This document shows, piece after piece, positions 39,475 through 49,265 of a stretch of DNA of 64,000 bases. Source of the stretch: Geopsychrobacteraceae bacterium (lineage in GTDB: Bacteria > Desulfobacterota > Desulfuromonadia > Desulfuromonadales > Geopsychrobacteraceae); assembly GCA_963662315.1 (NCBI GenBank), contig OY759353.1, positions 2,176,001 through 2,240,000 on the forward strand, written 5' to 3'. A program made the position numbers and the translations under genes. Positions within the stretch are counted from its first letter, which is position 1. Each line of letters begins with the position of its first letter. A model generated the notes under the pieces. That model made no database searches. It was not told the DNA's origin and saw nothing but the letters and a program-made list of their open reading frames with translations.

Positions 39475-40836
39475 ATGGACAGTTACGAAGCCGCCAAACC
39501 GTGGGAACACCTTGCCGAACTGGTCGAAAGCAATGACCAGAAACAGGTCCTGAAATTTCTTAACAGTATCAATCCGACCGATACCGCGCTTGCGGTCTCG
39601 CGTCTTGCCCCCGCCATGCAGAGCGCCCTGCTGACCCTGCTGAACCCGGAGCAGGCTGCCGAAGTTATCGAGGATATTTCCGATACGCAGGCCGTAGAAA
39701 TTATTGAGGATCTGCAGCCGATTCATGCCGCAGCCATCCTGGAAGAGCTCGACAGTGATCATGTCGTTGACCTGCTCGGAGAGCTTGACAGCGCTGACGC
39801 CAACGCCATTATCGCCCACATGGATCCGGAGGACGCCGCCGAGGCGCGCCAATTCCTGCAGTATGAATCGGATACCGCAGGGGGCCTGATGATCTCCGAA
39901 TATCTTGACTATCACAGTTCGCAATCCGTGCAGGATGTTCTGGATGACTTTCAGGCTAACCGTGATGAGTATTCCAGCTATAACGTTCAGTATCTGTTCG
40001 TTACCGACGACGAAGGGCACCTGGAGGGGGTTCTGAGGATGCGCGATCTGCTCTTCCCGCCCCGTTCAACCCGCCTGAGCAACCTGATGATCCGTAACCC
40101 GTTTAAAATATCGGTTAACGCGACGCTGGAAGAGCTGCGCAATTTTTTTGAAGAGCATTACCTGTTCGGAGTCCCGGTTGTCGATGAGAACAATCGCCTG
40201 CAGGGTGTTGTCCTGCCGGAAGCGGTTGAAGAAGCGCGACGCAAAAACAGCGTTAATCAATATCTCGGCCTGTCCGGGATCATCGGCGGTGAAGAATTCC
40301 GGTCCATGCCCCTGCTGGCCAGATCTGGCCGCCGTTTATCCTGGCTGTCCCTGAATATCGTCCTGAATATCCTGGCAGCCAGCGTCATCGCTATCTATCA
40401 GGACACCCTGGCCGCAGCTATTGCCCTTGCAGTGTTTCTACCGATGGTCAGTGATATGAGCGGCTGCTCTGGAAACCAGGCGGTAGCCGTCAGTATGCGT
40501 GAGCTGTCTCTGGGATTGGTTCGCCCGACAGAATTACTGCGGGTGCTCGGCAAGGAAGCTAGTCTGGGCATTATCAATGGCATTGCTCTGGGTATTCTCT
40601 TGGGAGCTGTTGCCTTTATCTGGAAAGGGAATCCGTTTCTGGGTGTGGTTGTCGGCGGAGCCCTGGCCGTTAATACCGTGATTGCTGTCACTCTTGGGGG
40701 GCTGATCCCGTTGCTGCTGAAACGGATGAAGCTGGACCCTGCGTTGGTCGCCAGCCCGTTATTAACTACGATGACCGATATGTGCGGTTTTTTTCTGGTT
40801 TTAAGTTTTGCAGCCCTGCTTTTGAATAAACTCTAA
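39475..40836 (+). CDS. mgtE: Magnesium transporter MgtE
   Basis: Acidic N domain, CBS pair (TAGGLM), RLSWL, SGNQA and DPALVASPLLTTMTD motifs. Confidence 0.92.
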   Translation: MDSYEAAKPWEHLAELVESNDQKQVLKFLNSINPTDTALAVSRLAPAMQSALLTLLNPEQAAEVIEDISDTQAVEIIEDLQPIHAAAILEELDSDHVVDLLGELDSADANAIIAHMDPEDAAEARQFLQYESDTAGGLMISEYLDYHSSQSVQDVLDDFQANRDEYSSYNVQYLFVTDDEGHLEGVLRMRDLLFPPRSTRLSNLMIRNPFKISVNATLEELRNFFEEHYLFGVPVVDENNRLQGVVLPEAVEEARRKNSVNQYLGLSGIIGGEEFRSMPLLARSGRRLSWLSLNIVLNILAASVIAIYQDTLAAAIALAVFLPMVSDMSGCSGNQAVAVSMRELSLGLVRPTELLRVLGKEASLGIINGIALGILLGAVAFIWKGNPFLGVVVGGALAVNTVIAVTLGGLIPLLLKRMKLDPALVASPLLTTMTDMCGFFLVLSFAALLLNKL

Positions 40837-41051
40837 CCCGTATGCGCCAGCCCGGAAAACCCACTATCAATTGAAATATCGGCAATCGCGCCATCTGGCA
40901 CTGCCAGATGGAAAGTGATCACCCAGGGCGTTTGTCTGATCTTTGCACAACGCCCTTCCTCTCCAACCCAGCTGCAATAATCACGTTCATAGACTGAAAG
41001 AACAATATATGCTGCCTGCGCAAACCTTAACAGAGGCGACAATTGCCTCGT

Positions 41052-41243
41052 TCAACTATTTTTAACGTCTGTTGTGTCAACAGCTTTGGATTCCAGCAAT
41101 TCGTCTTCTTCGCTCATCCCCTTTTTAAAGTTACGAATCCCTTTACCGAGAGAACTTCCAACCTGTGGCAACTTACCTGCCCCGAAAAGCATCAGAGCAA
41201 TCACCAGAATAATCAGCAATTCCTGTGTACCGAGTCCAAACAT
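41052..41243 (-). CDS. tatA: Twin-arginine translocase subunit TatA
   Basis: [41 protein letters not shown]. Confidence 0.92.
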   Translation of the reverse strand: MFGLGTQELLIILVIALMLFGAGKLPQVGSSLGKGIRNFKKGMSEEDELLESKAVDTTDVKNS

Positions 41244-41290
41244 AGCGAAACCTTCTCTGTGTTTAAATAGTTTTTGGAATAGACAAATCG

Positions 41291-41334
41291 CTGGTCATCA
41301 CCCTTCAAAAGAAGCTCTCCCCGGTGATGACCAG
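41291..41334. terminator. Hairpin between porin and tatA
   Basis: 12-bp stem ctggtcatcacc / ggtgatgaccag. Confidence 0.4.
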
Positions 41335-41379
41335 TTTTACATCCCACTCTTACATATTACACTTCGCAATAATAACTGC

Positions 41380-42606
41380 TTATTTACCGCTCACACCAAA
41401 CCGGTAAGTAACATAAAAACGGATATCGTCGAGGTCGTCATGACGATCACCAGCAACAGAATCGCTGATATCAACTTTGGCATAGCGGGCACGTACACTC
41501 AGGCCATCCAGATCACCGGAAAACTTGTACTCGATGCTGAAGTCAGTTTCATTGATGGTGCTTTCCGGAGCATCGTAAATACCATGCATAACGTAAGCAT
41601 TCAGGCCTTTGACGCCGACAGTGGAAAAGTCATAGGACAGGCGTGCTGCGTAGGCATCTTCATCGCCGCGATCATACAGAGTGCTGGTAGGACCACCGTC
41701 ACCGGAATTGTGAACTTGCTGAATGATAATTTTCCCATAACCATAGGGATCATAAATGGACTGGTCACCCGTTCTGGCATAGAAAGCGGTCAGGTCAAAA
41801 CCAAAGGCACCAACACCGGCATTCAGACCATACTGATAGGTATCAAGCTCACCAGACTCTTCATCCCCTTTGGATTCCTGGGCAAAGTAGGTTGGTGACG
41901 CATGCAGAACCAGATTGTCGATTTTTTTGCTGACAGAAACATTGAACCAGGTCTGGTACAGGTTGTCAGGCATATCGAAATACCAGGCCTGAACACTGCT
42001 GTTAATAGCGCTTACCGGCAGCTTGTAGTTCACTCCGGCAATATATACATCGTCATTGAAGGAAACGAATTCCTCGTTGAACCAGTTCATGTTGTCTTTG
42101 AGGTAGAAACCCATCAGAGTCAGATTTTCAACTGACTTGTTAACAACAGACAGACCACGGTAGGTGCGGTGGATCATGCGGATCGGGTGAATATTCAGGA
42201 ATGGGGTGTTAAGCTCGTGAGCACCAACTTTGATGGTGGTCTTGAAGTAATCACCCTGAATGTAATATTCCTGCAGACGGGCAATATTCTCATGGTCTGG
42301 ACCGGGTTGAGTCAAACCGACATAGGGGTTTTTATCATCTTCGTTGACAACATCATTACTGGTGCCAAAAGCAACACCAAGACTGATCCCTTTGAAGGAA
42401 TCAGTTTTATAGTACAGTGCACCACCTAAAGCAGTATCCTGGTTATCGGTAGCACCACCTTTAAAATCGCGAGTAAAGCTCAGCAGGCTGAGTTCACCTT
42501 TGATGGAGCCTTGAGAAAACATTTCCTTGAGGTTGTCTGCAGCCATGGCAGAGGCAGACAAACCAAAGACCAACAGGCCGACGAGTAAAACTTTAACTTT
42601 CATCAT
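41380..42606 (-). CDS. OprD-family outer-membrane porin
   Basis: Signal peptide, alternating beta-strand pattern, LNTPF motif and C-terminal RFYVTYRF. Confidence 0.75.
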   Translation of the reverse strand: MMKVKVLLVGLLVFGLSASAMAADNLKEMFSQGSIKGELSLLSFTRDFKGGATDNQDTALGGALYYKTDSFKGISLGVAFGTSNDVVNEDDKNPYVGLTQPGPDHENIARLQEYYIQGDYFKTTIKVGAHELNTPFLNIHPIRMIHRTYRGLSVVNKSVENLTLMGFYLKDNMNWFNEEFVSFNDDVYIAGVNYKLPVSAINSSVQAWYFDMPDNLYQTWFNVSVSKKIDNLVLHASPTYFAQESKGDEESGELDTYQYGLNAGVGAFGFDLTAFYARTGDQSIYDPYGYGKIIIQQVHNSGDGGPTSTLYDRGDEDAYAARLSYDFSTVGVKGLNAYVMHGIYDAPESTINETDFSIEYKFSGDLDGLSVRARYAKVDISDSVAGDRHDDLDDIRFYVTYRFGVSGK

Positions 42607-42718
42607 ATTCCCCTTACAGTGAAAAATATTGAAAAAATCAGCCCTGCGACAGTGAATGTCACAGGACTGAAAGCAGCAAAACTTACTGCCAATATACTCT
42701 TTCTATTGCCACGGGCCC

Positions 42719-43075
42719 TTAAGGAACGTCGAAGGTAAATCTCAGGTGGCACGGGGTACAGAAGTTCTCTGATTTCTGATGCTGATGGTGGCAGTAGTTA
42801 CAGTTGGTTTCGGTACCGTAATGACGGTTATTATGAGGATTGCTCGGCTGCAACTTGGCAGTAGCCTCGGCAACATCCTTGGTGTCGTGACACTCAAGAC
42901 ATTTGATCATCGGAACTGGTGCTCTCTGAGCCTGTTCACCGTGACAATCGTTACAGGTCACACCTTTACTGAAGTGAGCCTGGTCGAGTTGAACATCTGC
43001 CGCCATAACACTGGCGCCGCAAAGCAGGACCAATGCAAAGGCAAGTGCGAGCATATGCATAGTTTTGATTTTCAT
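42719..43075 (-). CDS. Periplasmic tetraheme cytochrome c
   Basis: Signal peptide, four CxxCH motifs (CNDCH, CLECH, CNYCH, CTPCH) and NPH as in flavocytochrome c3 heme domains. Confidence 0.9.
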   Translation of the reverse strand: MKIKTMHMLALAFALVLLCGASVMAADVQLDQAHFSKGVTCNDCHGEQAQRAPVPMIKCLECHDTKDVAEATAKLQPSNPHNNRHYGTETNCNYCHHQHQKSENFCTPCHLRFTFDVP

Positions 43076-43146
43076 GATTTCTCCCATTGTTCATGTCTGA
43101 TCGGGACGGCCGCAACTGTCCCGTTATACAAATCGATTGTAGTTAC

Positions 43147-44832
43147 TTACAGCTTGGCAACGTATTTACCGGCCATGTAACCGAAGGTGTAGCAACGCCC
43201 CAAAGACAGACCGAAAACGGTCAGAGGGTAATCGACACCACCGTAGAAACCGCCACCAAGATTACCGACAATAAACAGGCCATCGATGGTTTTTCCTTCA
43301 GCATTCAGAGCCTGATGATTTTCGTTGACCAACATACCGGAAGTGATAGCAGAAACGCGCATCCGGCGGTGAATACCGTAGAAAGGAGCCTTAACAACAG
43401 GAAGCATTTTGCTGGATGGCTTACCGAAATCGTCATCCATACCTTTTTTGCACAGTTCATTATAACGCTTAACGCTGGCAACGAAGGTCTTGGGATCACA
43501 CTCAAGTTTGACTGCCAGTTCTTCCAGGGTATCGGCTTTGTAAGTATTGGTCTGAGAAACATACACACCTTTTTTCGGAGAGGGATCCTCTGGCATGTAG
43601 TTTTTCAATTCCTCGGGAGAATAGAGTTTACCTGGCCAGCCCTTGGCACCGGTCATGTAGTCAGCATCGAAAACCTGGGAGTAATGCCCAGCATTTTCAG
43701 CATCTTTCAGATAGTTGTTCATCAGTGACATGGCAACGGTTTCGTCAACGAAACGCTCGCCTTTGCGGTTAACGGCCAGGAAAGGCATGTCACACATGGC
43801 AGCCGGACCGGCATCGAAATCGTGCAGCATTTTGGTGTGACCGATAGGCTCGATAACCCCGCCAGCCCAATATGCCATGGCGAAACCATCACCGGTACGA
43901 TCCATCTGCTTACGCACGAAATTTTTCGCATCGGGAATAAAATAGTTACACATGGCCTCGTTATTCTGATAGTCACCACTGGCCAGAATGACACCTTTTT
44001 TGGCCATAAATTTGTGGTATTTGCCATCACGGCTCTTACCAATGACACCGACAACCTTGCCGGAAGCATCCTGGACCAACTGAGCACCGGGCATATTGTA
44101 GAAGAACTTGACCCCAGCCTTTACTGCAGTCTTGCCCAGGTCGCGCATACCATCACCGGTAGTGTAAGGCTTGGGTCCACAGAAGGAGGTGACAAAGTTC
44201 AGTTTATAATCGGTGATACCATGGATACCATGTTGTGGGCCGGTTCCCTGATCAATGATCTGAGCGCCACCCTTTTTAGCCCGATCGATCATCCAGGTGA
44301 TAGCTTCACCGGAATTGTAAGCCCAGGCCCGAAGAAGAGCCGGATTACAGCGATGAGCACTGTCAGCCATCAGACGGGAAATCAAAGCTTCAACGGCAGC
44401 TTTATCGCTGTTTGCCAGGTCAATACCGGAACCGGTGTTGCCTTGGGAAACGATCATGGCCTGTTTTTGAAGCACGGCAACTTTGGCACCATTTTCTGCC
44501 GCGGAAAGGGCAGCGGTCACACCGGAAGCACCGGCACCGACAACAACGACATCAAAGGTTTTGGTGGATGCGATATCTTTGTCAGCAATCACTTCTGGTT
44601 TAGGCAGAAATTCGAGAGTTGCAGCCCCATCAGAACTTTTGCCATATTGAGTACATTCTGAAACAGCAGCGGCTTCGGCCTTGCTGCTAGCTAATCCGGT
44701 CAGCGCCATAGCTCCAACGCCAGCTCCGACAGCGGCACGGCCCAAAAAGCTTCTTCGCGAAAAGCCATTCTGGAGTACATTCGCAGTATATTGATCGACT
44801 GCGTTTCCTTCCTGCGATTTGTCTTTGCTCAT
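43147..44832 (-). CDS. Tat-exported FAD-dependent oxidoreductase (flavocytochrome c flavin subunit family)
   Basis: SRRSFL Tat motif, VVVVGAGASG FAD motif, GVILASGD, TGDG and VNRKGERFVDE. RBS aaggag precedes ATG 44832. Confidence 0.88.
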   Translation of the reverse strand: MSKDKSQEGNAVDQYTANVLQNGFSRRSFLGRAAVGAGVGAMALTGLASSKAEAAAVSECTQYGKSSDGAATLEFLPKPEVIADKDIASTKTFDVVVVGAGASGVTAALSAAENGAKVAVLQKQAMIVSQGNTGSGIDLANSDKAAVEALISRLMADSAHRCNPALLRAWAYNSGEAITWMIDRAKKGGAQIIDQGTGPQHGIHGITDYKLNFVTSFCGPKPYTTGDGMRDLGKTAVKAGVKFFYNMPGAQLVQDASGKVVGVIGKSRDGKYHKFMAKKGVILASGDYQNNEAMCNYFIPDAKNFVRKQMDRTGDGFAMAYWAGGVIEPIGHTKMLHDFDAGPAAMCDMPFLAVNRKGERFVDETVAMSLMNNYLKDAENAGHYSQVFDADYMTGAKGWPGKLYSPEELKNYMPEDPSPKKGVYVSQTNTYKADTLEELAVKLECDPKTFVASVKRYNELCKKGMDDDFGKPSSKMLPVVKAPFYGIHRRMRVSAITSGMLVNENHQALNAEGKTIDGLFIVGNLGGGFYGGVDYPLTVFGLSLGRCYTFGYMAGKYVAKL

Positions 44833-45015
44833 TCTTTTGCTCCTTTTCCATAGTAAGGTCATGACCAATAAGGCACCTGCGAAGGTGTGACAGACCAGGT
44901 TGTCATGACAGGTAAAAACGCATTAAAAAGTGGCATTAAAGTCGAGACCGACCACTTCCATTCAAAAGAATCTCTGTCCATAAAATGGGGAAATCCAATC
45001 TGGAATATGAGTTCT

Positions 45016-45031
45016 TTCACAATGCATGCCA
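45016..45031 (-). promoter_or_regulatory. Possible sigma54 promoter for the flavoprotein operon
   Basis: TGGCATG-CATT-GTGAA has a good -24 and an imperfect -12. Dyads such as ttatcattttgataa lie at 45065-45116. Confidence 0.45.
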
Positions 45032-45125
45032 CCTATAAACCATTGATTTTTTGGAGATAATAAATTATCGCATTGACAAATCTTATCATTTTGATAAATT
45101 CATCTATCATATCGAAAGGACTGCC

Positions 45126-46754
45126 ATGAAAGCACTCGACCTCGACTTGAAGGAACTCCTGTATCGCCTGCCAGAAAGCGGCATCATTCACTTTATGGGA
45201 CAACGCGTCCTTTTTTTTGACGCCCTTTCCATGGGCCTGCTGCGTAAAGAGCTGATTGAGTCGCTCGGCATGCACCTAGCCCGCGGGATTCTCACCCGGT
45301 TTGGCTATGCTCATGGCTGGCGTTCTGCGGAACGTCTGCGCCAGGAATCCCCTGAACTGTTTGATGATAGCTGGACGGGGCCACACCTGCATGGTCTGCA
45401 CGGCCTGATGACCCCGTTGACAAACACCCGAAACACTGGCACTGCCGATGAACCTCTTGTCAAAGGGAGCTGGAAGGATTCTTACGAAGTCGAGCAGCAT
45501 CTGCTGCACCTGGGATTATCGGACCTCTCGGTTTGCTGGAGTCTGACCGGTTTTGCCAGCGGCTATGTTTCAAACCGGACCAAACGGGATGTCTACTTTA
45601 TTGAGACCCATTGCTGCGGAAAGGGCGATTCTCTGTGCCACATAGAAGGCCGCTACAAGGAAGATTGGGGGCCAGAGGTTGCCGATCAACTGCAGTATTA
45701 CTCAATAGAATCGGCCGACAGTGCATTGACCTGTCTCATGGAAAAACTTCAGTCAATCGAAAAGAAACTAAAAAAACGGCAGAAACAACTCTCAGAGCTC
45801 GATCAAAAAACAGAGCTATCCGGCATTACCTGCTACAGCCCCGCCATGCGTAAGGCGGTTGATACGGCCCGGCGGGTTGCAAAAGTTGATTCCTCGGTTG
45901 TCATCAGTGGTGAAACCGGTGTTGGAAAAGAACGTATCGCCCGCCTGCTTCACGATGAATCGCCCCGTGCCGACAAGCCTTTTATCGCCATCAACTGCGG
46001 CGCGGTCACCGAAACTCTGCTGGAAAGTGAACTCTTCGGGTATATTAAAGGCGCCTTTACCGGGGCCTATAAAGACACGCCCGGATTTTTTGAAGCAGTT
46101 GATGGTGGCACCCTGTTTCTTGATGAAATAGGTGAAATATCGCCCGGCATGCAGGTAAAAATCCTGCGGGTTCTTCAGGAACGTGAAATTCGCCGCGTTG
46201 GAGACAACCGCTCCAGGTCCGTTGATTTCCGTATTGTCGCAGCAACCAATCGGAATCTTGCTGATGAAGTCGCGAACGGCAACTTTCGGCAGGATCTATA
46301 CTACCGCCTCAAAGTTATTGAGGTAAAAATGCCTCCGTTGCGCGACCGGCGTGAGGATATCATGCCTTTGGCAAGAATTTTTCTGAACGAAGCCTCCTTC
46401 CGCAGCAAACATAAGATTAAATCATTCACCCCGAAAGTTGTTGAACATTTCCACTGCTACGGCTGGCCTGGCAACGTAAGAGAGCTCCAGAATGTCGTCG
46501 AATTTGCCGTTGCCTTAAGCAACGGTGAACGCATCGACATAGATGATCTGCCCGAAGAATTGCAGCGCCCGTGTATCCCAGGGTCATTTCCGCTGAAAAT
46601 CCTGCCTCTGGAGGAGGTAGAAAAACAATATATTCTGAGGGTCCTCGATTCCCTTGACGGGAACAAAACCAAAACAGCTGAAACCCTTAAAATCGGTATA
46701 GCGACCCTTTATCGCAAGCTAAACAGTTACGGCTATTCAGAAGAACAACGGTAA
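45126..46754 (+). CDS. XylR-type sigma54 activator (XylR_N, V4R, AAA+, Fis HTH)
   Basis: [38 protein letters not shown] and WPGNVREL motifs. Confidence 0.9.
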   Translation: MKALDLDLKELLYRLPESGIIHFMGQRVLFFDALSMGLLRKELIESLGMHLARGILTRFGYAHGWRSAERLRQESPELFDDSWTGPHLHGLHGLMTPLTNTRNTGTADEPLVKGSWKDSYEVEQHLLHLGLSDLSVCWSLTGFASGYVSNRTKRDVYFIETHCCGKGDSLCHIEGRYKEDWGPEVADQLQYYSIESADSALTCLMEKLQSIEKKLKKRQKQLSELDQKTELSGITCYSPAMRKAVDTARRVAKVDSSVVISGETGVGKERIARLLHDESPRADKPFIAINCGAVTETLLESELFGYIKGAFTGAYKDTPGFFEAVDGGTLFLDEIGEISPGMQVKILRVLQEREIRRVGDNRSRSVDFRIVAATNRNLADEVANGNFRQDLYYRLKVIEVKMPPLRDRREDIMPLARIFLNEASFRSKHKIKSFTPKVVEHFHCYGWPGNVRELQNVVEFAVALSNGERIDIDDLPEELQRPCIPGSFPLKILPLEEVEKQYILRVLDSLDGNKTKTAETLKIGIATLYRKLNSYGYSEEQR

Positions 46755-46775
46755 TGGAGGCAGGGATGAGGCCGA

Positions 46776-47312
46776 TCACAACAGGATAACCGTGTCACAA
46801 TGGGCCATGAGTGCCTCTGTCAACCGCCGTTCACGCCAGCTCAGCTCAGAATCCGCAAAGGAGTTGCCATAGTAGGCATTGATGATAACTGTCCTGCTAT
46901 GGCGCAACAGGACAAGGAGCCTTTCAACGCTCCCCGCCTGCAGATAGAGAGTCACATCATTAAGAAACAGAATATCCCGGGGGTGCTGTTCAAACTCGGA
47001 AAACAGGAGTTCTACAGCCCGAGCATTACGGTTAGCCAATTCCATAGAATGAGCGACATCCCGCCCCATAAGGCGTGGAGCCGCTATTTGCGCAGTCAAA
47101 TACACTGCTTGTGGAGGTAGATCCAGTGATAATTTGCCACCAATCCCCTGAACCGGGTCGGGTGCCAGGTCAATAATTGCGAGATCATGAGCATAGCCTG
47201 CCACCAAAAAGTATTTAAGAAGTGCGGCTGTTCTGGTCGTTTTCCCACAGTTGACGTCACCGGCAATAATGGTGCGCTGCCCCAGGTAGGTAGCAATATC
47301 TGTTTCGGCCAT
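46776..47312 (-). CDS. Hypothetical small P-loop-like protein
   Basis: IIAGDVNCGKTT (Walker A-like) and LFLND (Walker B-like). Confidence 0.65.
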   Translation of the reverse strand: MAETDIATYLGQRTIIAGDVNCGKTTRTAALLKYFLVAGYAHDLAIIDLAPDPVQGIGGKLSLDLPPQAVYLTAQIAAPRLMGRDVAHSMELANRNARAVELLFSEFEQHPRDILFLNDVTLYLQAGSVERLLVLLRHSRTVIINAYYGNSFADSELSWRERRLTEALMAHCDTVILL

Positions 47313-47470
47313 TACAGACTTCCAAATTGGGTCAGCGGAAAACCGAGGGGCAGGACACTCGTAATCAGCAAGGTCAGGCCAAAAGCCAGCATAAGGGGGA
47401 GCAACAGGAAAAAGCTGCCTTTCAGAAACGACCCCATCTTTTTCAGATAGGTAAAAAGGGATATGTTCAT
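47312..47470 (-). CDS. 52-aa membrane peptide not in the ORF track
   Basis: Translates as MNISLFTYLKKMGSFLKGSFFLLLPLMLAFGLTLLITSVLPLGFPLTQFGSL; its stop overlaps the next start (TAATG). Confidence 0.5.
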   Translation of the reverse strand: MNISLFTYLKKMGSFLKGSFFLLLPLMLAFGLTLLITSVLPLGFPLTQFGSL

Positions 47471-47627
47471 CGTAAAGTTAGGTTCCAATTATCCGCAAAC
47501 GGTTTTTCCGACATAATCTCCGATGTCAATGGACATCAAGGAGTACGTTCTCTCAGTTGCAGGAAGAAAACGTTGAAGATCAACCAAAGAGCCAAGCATC
47601 ATAAATCAGGTAAGCTCTCCGGGTGAA

Positions 47628-47664
47628 ACAAAAAAAACGGCGAACCCTAAAGGGTTCGCCGTTT
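47628..47664 (-). terminator. Intrinsic terminator after gabD
   Basis: aaacggcgaaccct/agggttcgccgttt stem with a poly-T tail on the minus strand. Confidence 0.85.
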
Positions 47665-47692
47665 AAACATCAAATCAACCTGAAAAAAACGT

Positions 47693-49159
47693 TCAGACGT
47701 TAACGCCACCGATACACAGATACTTGATTTCCAGAAAATCTTCGATTCCGTACTTCGATCCTTCGCGACCGCCACCCGATTCCTTGATGCCGCCAAATGG
47801 TGCGACGGTGGTGGAAATCAGACCGGTATTGACACCAACGATGCCATATTCCAGACCTTCACCAACGCGCCAGGTCCGGCCCAGATCCTTGGTATAGAAG
47901 TAAGAGGCCAGGCCAAATTCGGTATCATTGGCCATTTTAATCGCTTCTGCTTCAGTTGCGAAACGGAACAGCGGAGCTACCGGGCCAAAGGTCTCTTCTT
48001 TCGCAATACGCATATTGGGCTCGACATCAGCAAGGACTGTCGGCTGGAAGAAAGACCCGCCCAGTTCATGGCGTTGTCCACCGGTAACAATCCGGGCTCC
48101 TTTGCCAACCGCATCAGAGATATGCTCTTCGACAATTTCCAGGGCACCCATATCGATCAGCGGTCCCTGCTGGGTTTCCCCTTTCAGGCCATCGCCAACC
48201 TTCATTTTGGCAACTGCGGCAGCGAGCTTTTCAGCAAAGGCATCATAAACCCCGTCCTGAACCAGGAAACGGTTGGTGCAGACGCAGGTCTGTCCGGTGT
48301 TGCGATACTTGGACACAATGGCGCCTTCTACAGCAGCATCCAGATCGGCGTCGTCAAAAACGATAAAGGGAGCATTCCCTCCGAGTTCCATCGACACCCT
48401 TTTCATGGTTCCGGCGCAGGCGGCGGTGAGTTGCTTGCCAACTTCAGTGGAGCCGGTAAAGGTCAGCTTGCGCACTGTAGTATTGCTGGTCAGCTCATTG
48501 CCGATTGGTGCGGAAGATCCGGTCACGACACTGAACAGACCGGCCGGGATCCCGGCCCGTTCACCGAGTTCCGCAAGAGCCAGGGCAGAAAACGGCGTTG
48601 CACTGGCAGGTTTCAAAACCATGGCACAACCAGCCGCAAAAGCCGGGGCCGCCTTACGGGTGATCATGGCGGAAGGGAAGTTCCACGGCGTGATTGCTGC
48701 GCAGACACCAATCGGCTGCTTCAGAACGACAATGCGCTTATCATTTTGATGGGACGGAATAACATCCCCGTAAATACGCTTCCCTTCTTCAGCGAACCAT
48801 TCGATAAAGGATGCCGCATAAACAATTTCACCACGTGATTCAGCCAACGGTTTGCCCTGCTCGGCAGTCATCAATATGGCCAGGTCTTCCTGATTTTCTA
48901 GCAGCAGCTCATACCATTTGCGCAGGATAGTAGAGCGCTCCTGGGCCGTTTTAGCCTGCCAGGCCGGCATGGCTTTTTCTGCTGCAATAATAGCACGCCG
49001 GGTTTCCTCTGCGCCCATTTTGGGAACGCTTCCCAACACCTCCCCGGTGGCCGGGTTGGTTACATTCAATGTCGCTCCGCTGTCAGCGTCACACCACTGA
49101 CCGTCAATATAGCACTGCTGACGAAACAGAGACTCATCACTAAGCTTGAAGGTGCTCAA
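47693..49159 (-). CDS. gabD: Succinate-semialdehyde dehydrogenase (NADP+)
   Basis: ITPWNFPSAMITRK, FTGSTEVG, MELGGNAPF, GQTCVC and EETFGP motifs; TTG start with RBS. Confidence 0.92.
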   Translation of the reverse strand: MSTFKLSDESLFRQQCYIDGQWCDADSGATLNVTNPATGEVLGSVPKMGAEETRRAIIAAEKAMPAWQAKTAQERSTILRKWYELLLENQEDLAILMTAEQGKPLAESRGEIVYAASFIEWFAEEGKRIYGDVIPSHQNDKRIVVLKQPIGVCAAITPWNFPSAMITRKAAPAFAAGCAMVLKPASATPFSALALAELGERAGIPAGLFSVVTGSSAPIGNELTSNTTVRKLTFTGSTEVGKQLTAACAGTMKRVSMELGGNAPFIVFDDADLDAAVEGAIVSKYRNTGQTCVCTNRFLVQDGVYDAFAEKLAAAVAKMKVGDGLKGETQQGPLIDMGALEIVEEHISDAVGKGARIVTGGQRHELGGSFFQPTVLADVEPNMRIAKEETFGPVAPLFRFATEAEAIKMANDTEFGLASYFYTKDLGRTWRVGEGLEYGIVGVNTGLISTTVAPFGGIKESGGGREGSKYGIEDFLEIKYLCIGGVNV

Positions 49160-49265
49160 TGTCTCCTCCTAGATCAATTTTCGTTATTTGTTCATCGGTC
49201 ATAGCAACCCCTGCCATAAACCTTACTACATTTAGATCGGATCATGTCAGCCTATGAACAGATTT

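Noticed and set aside
43147..44832. Calling the flavoprotein a fumarate reductase (frdA/fccA)
   Set aside because: The C-terminal His/Arg motif HGANRLG is absent.
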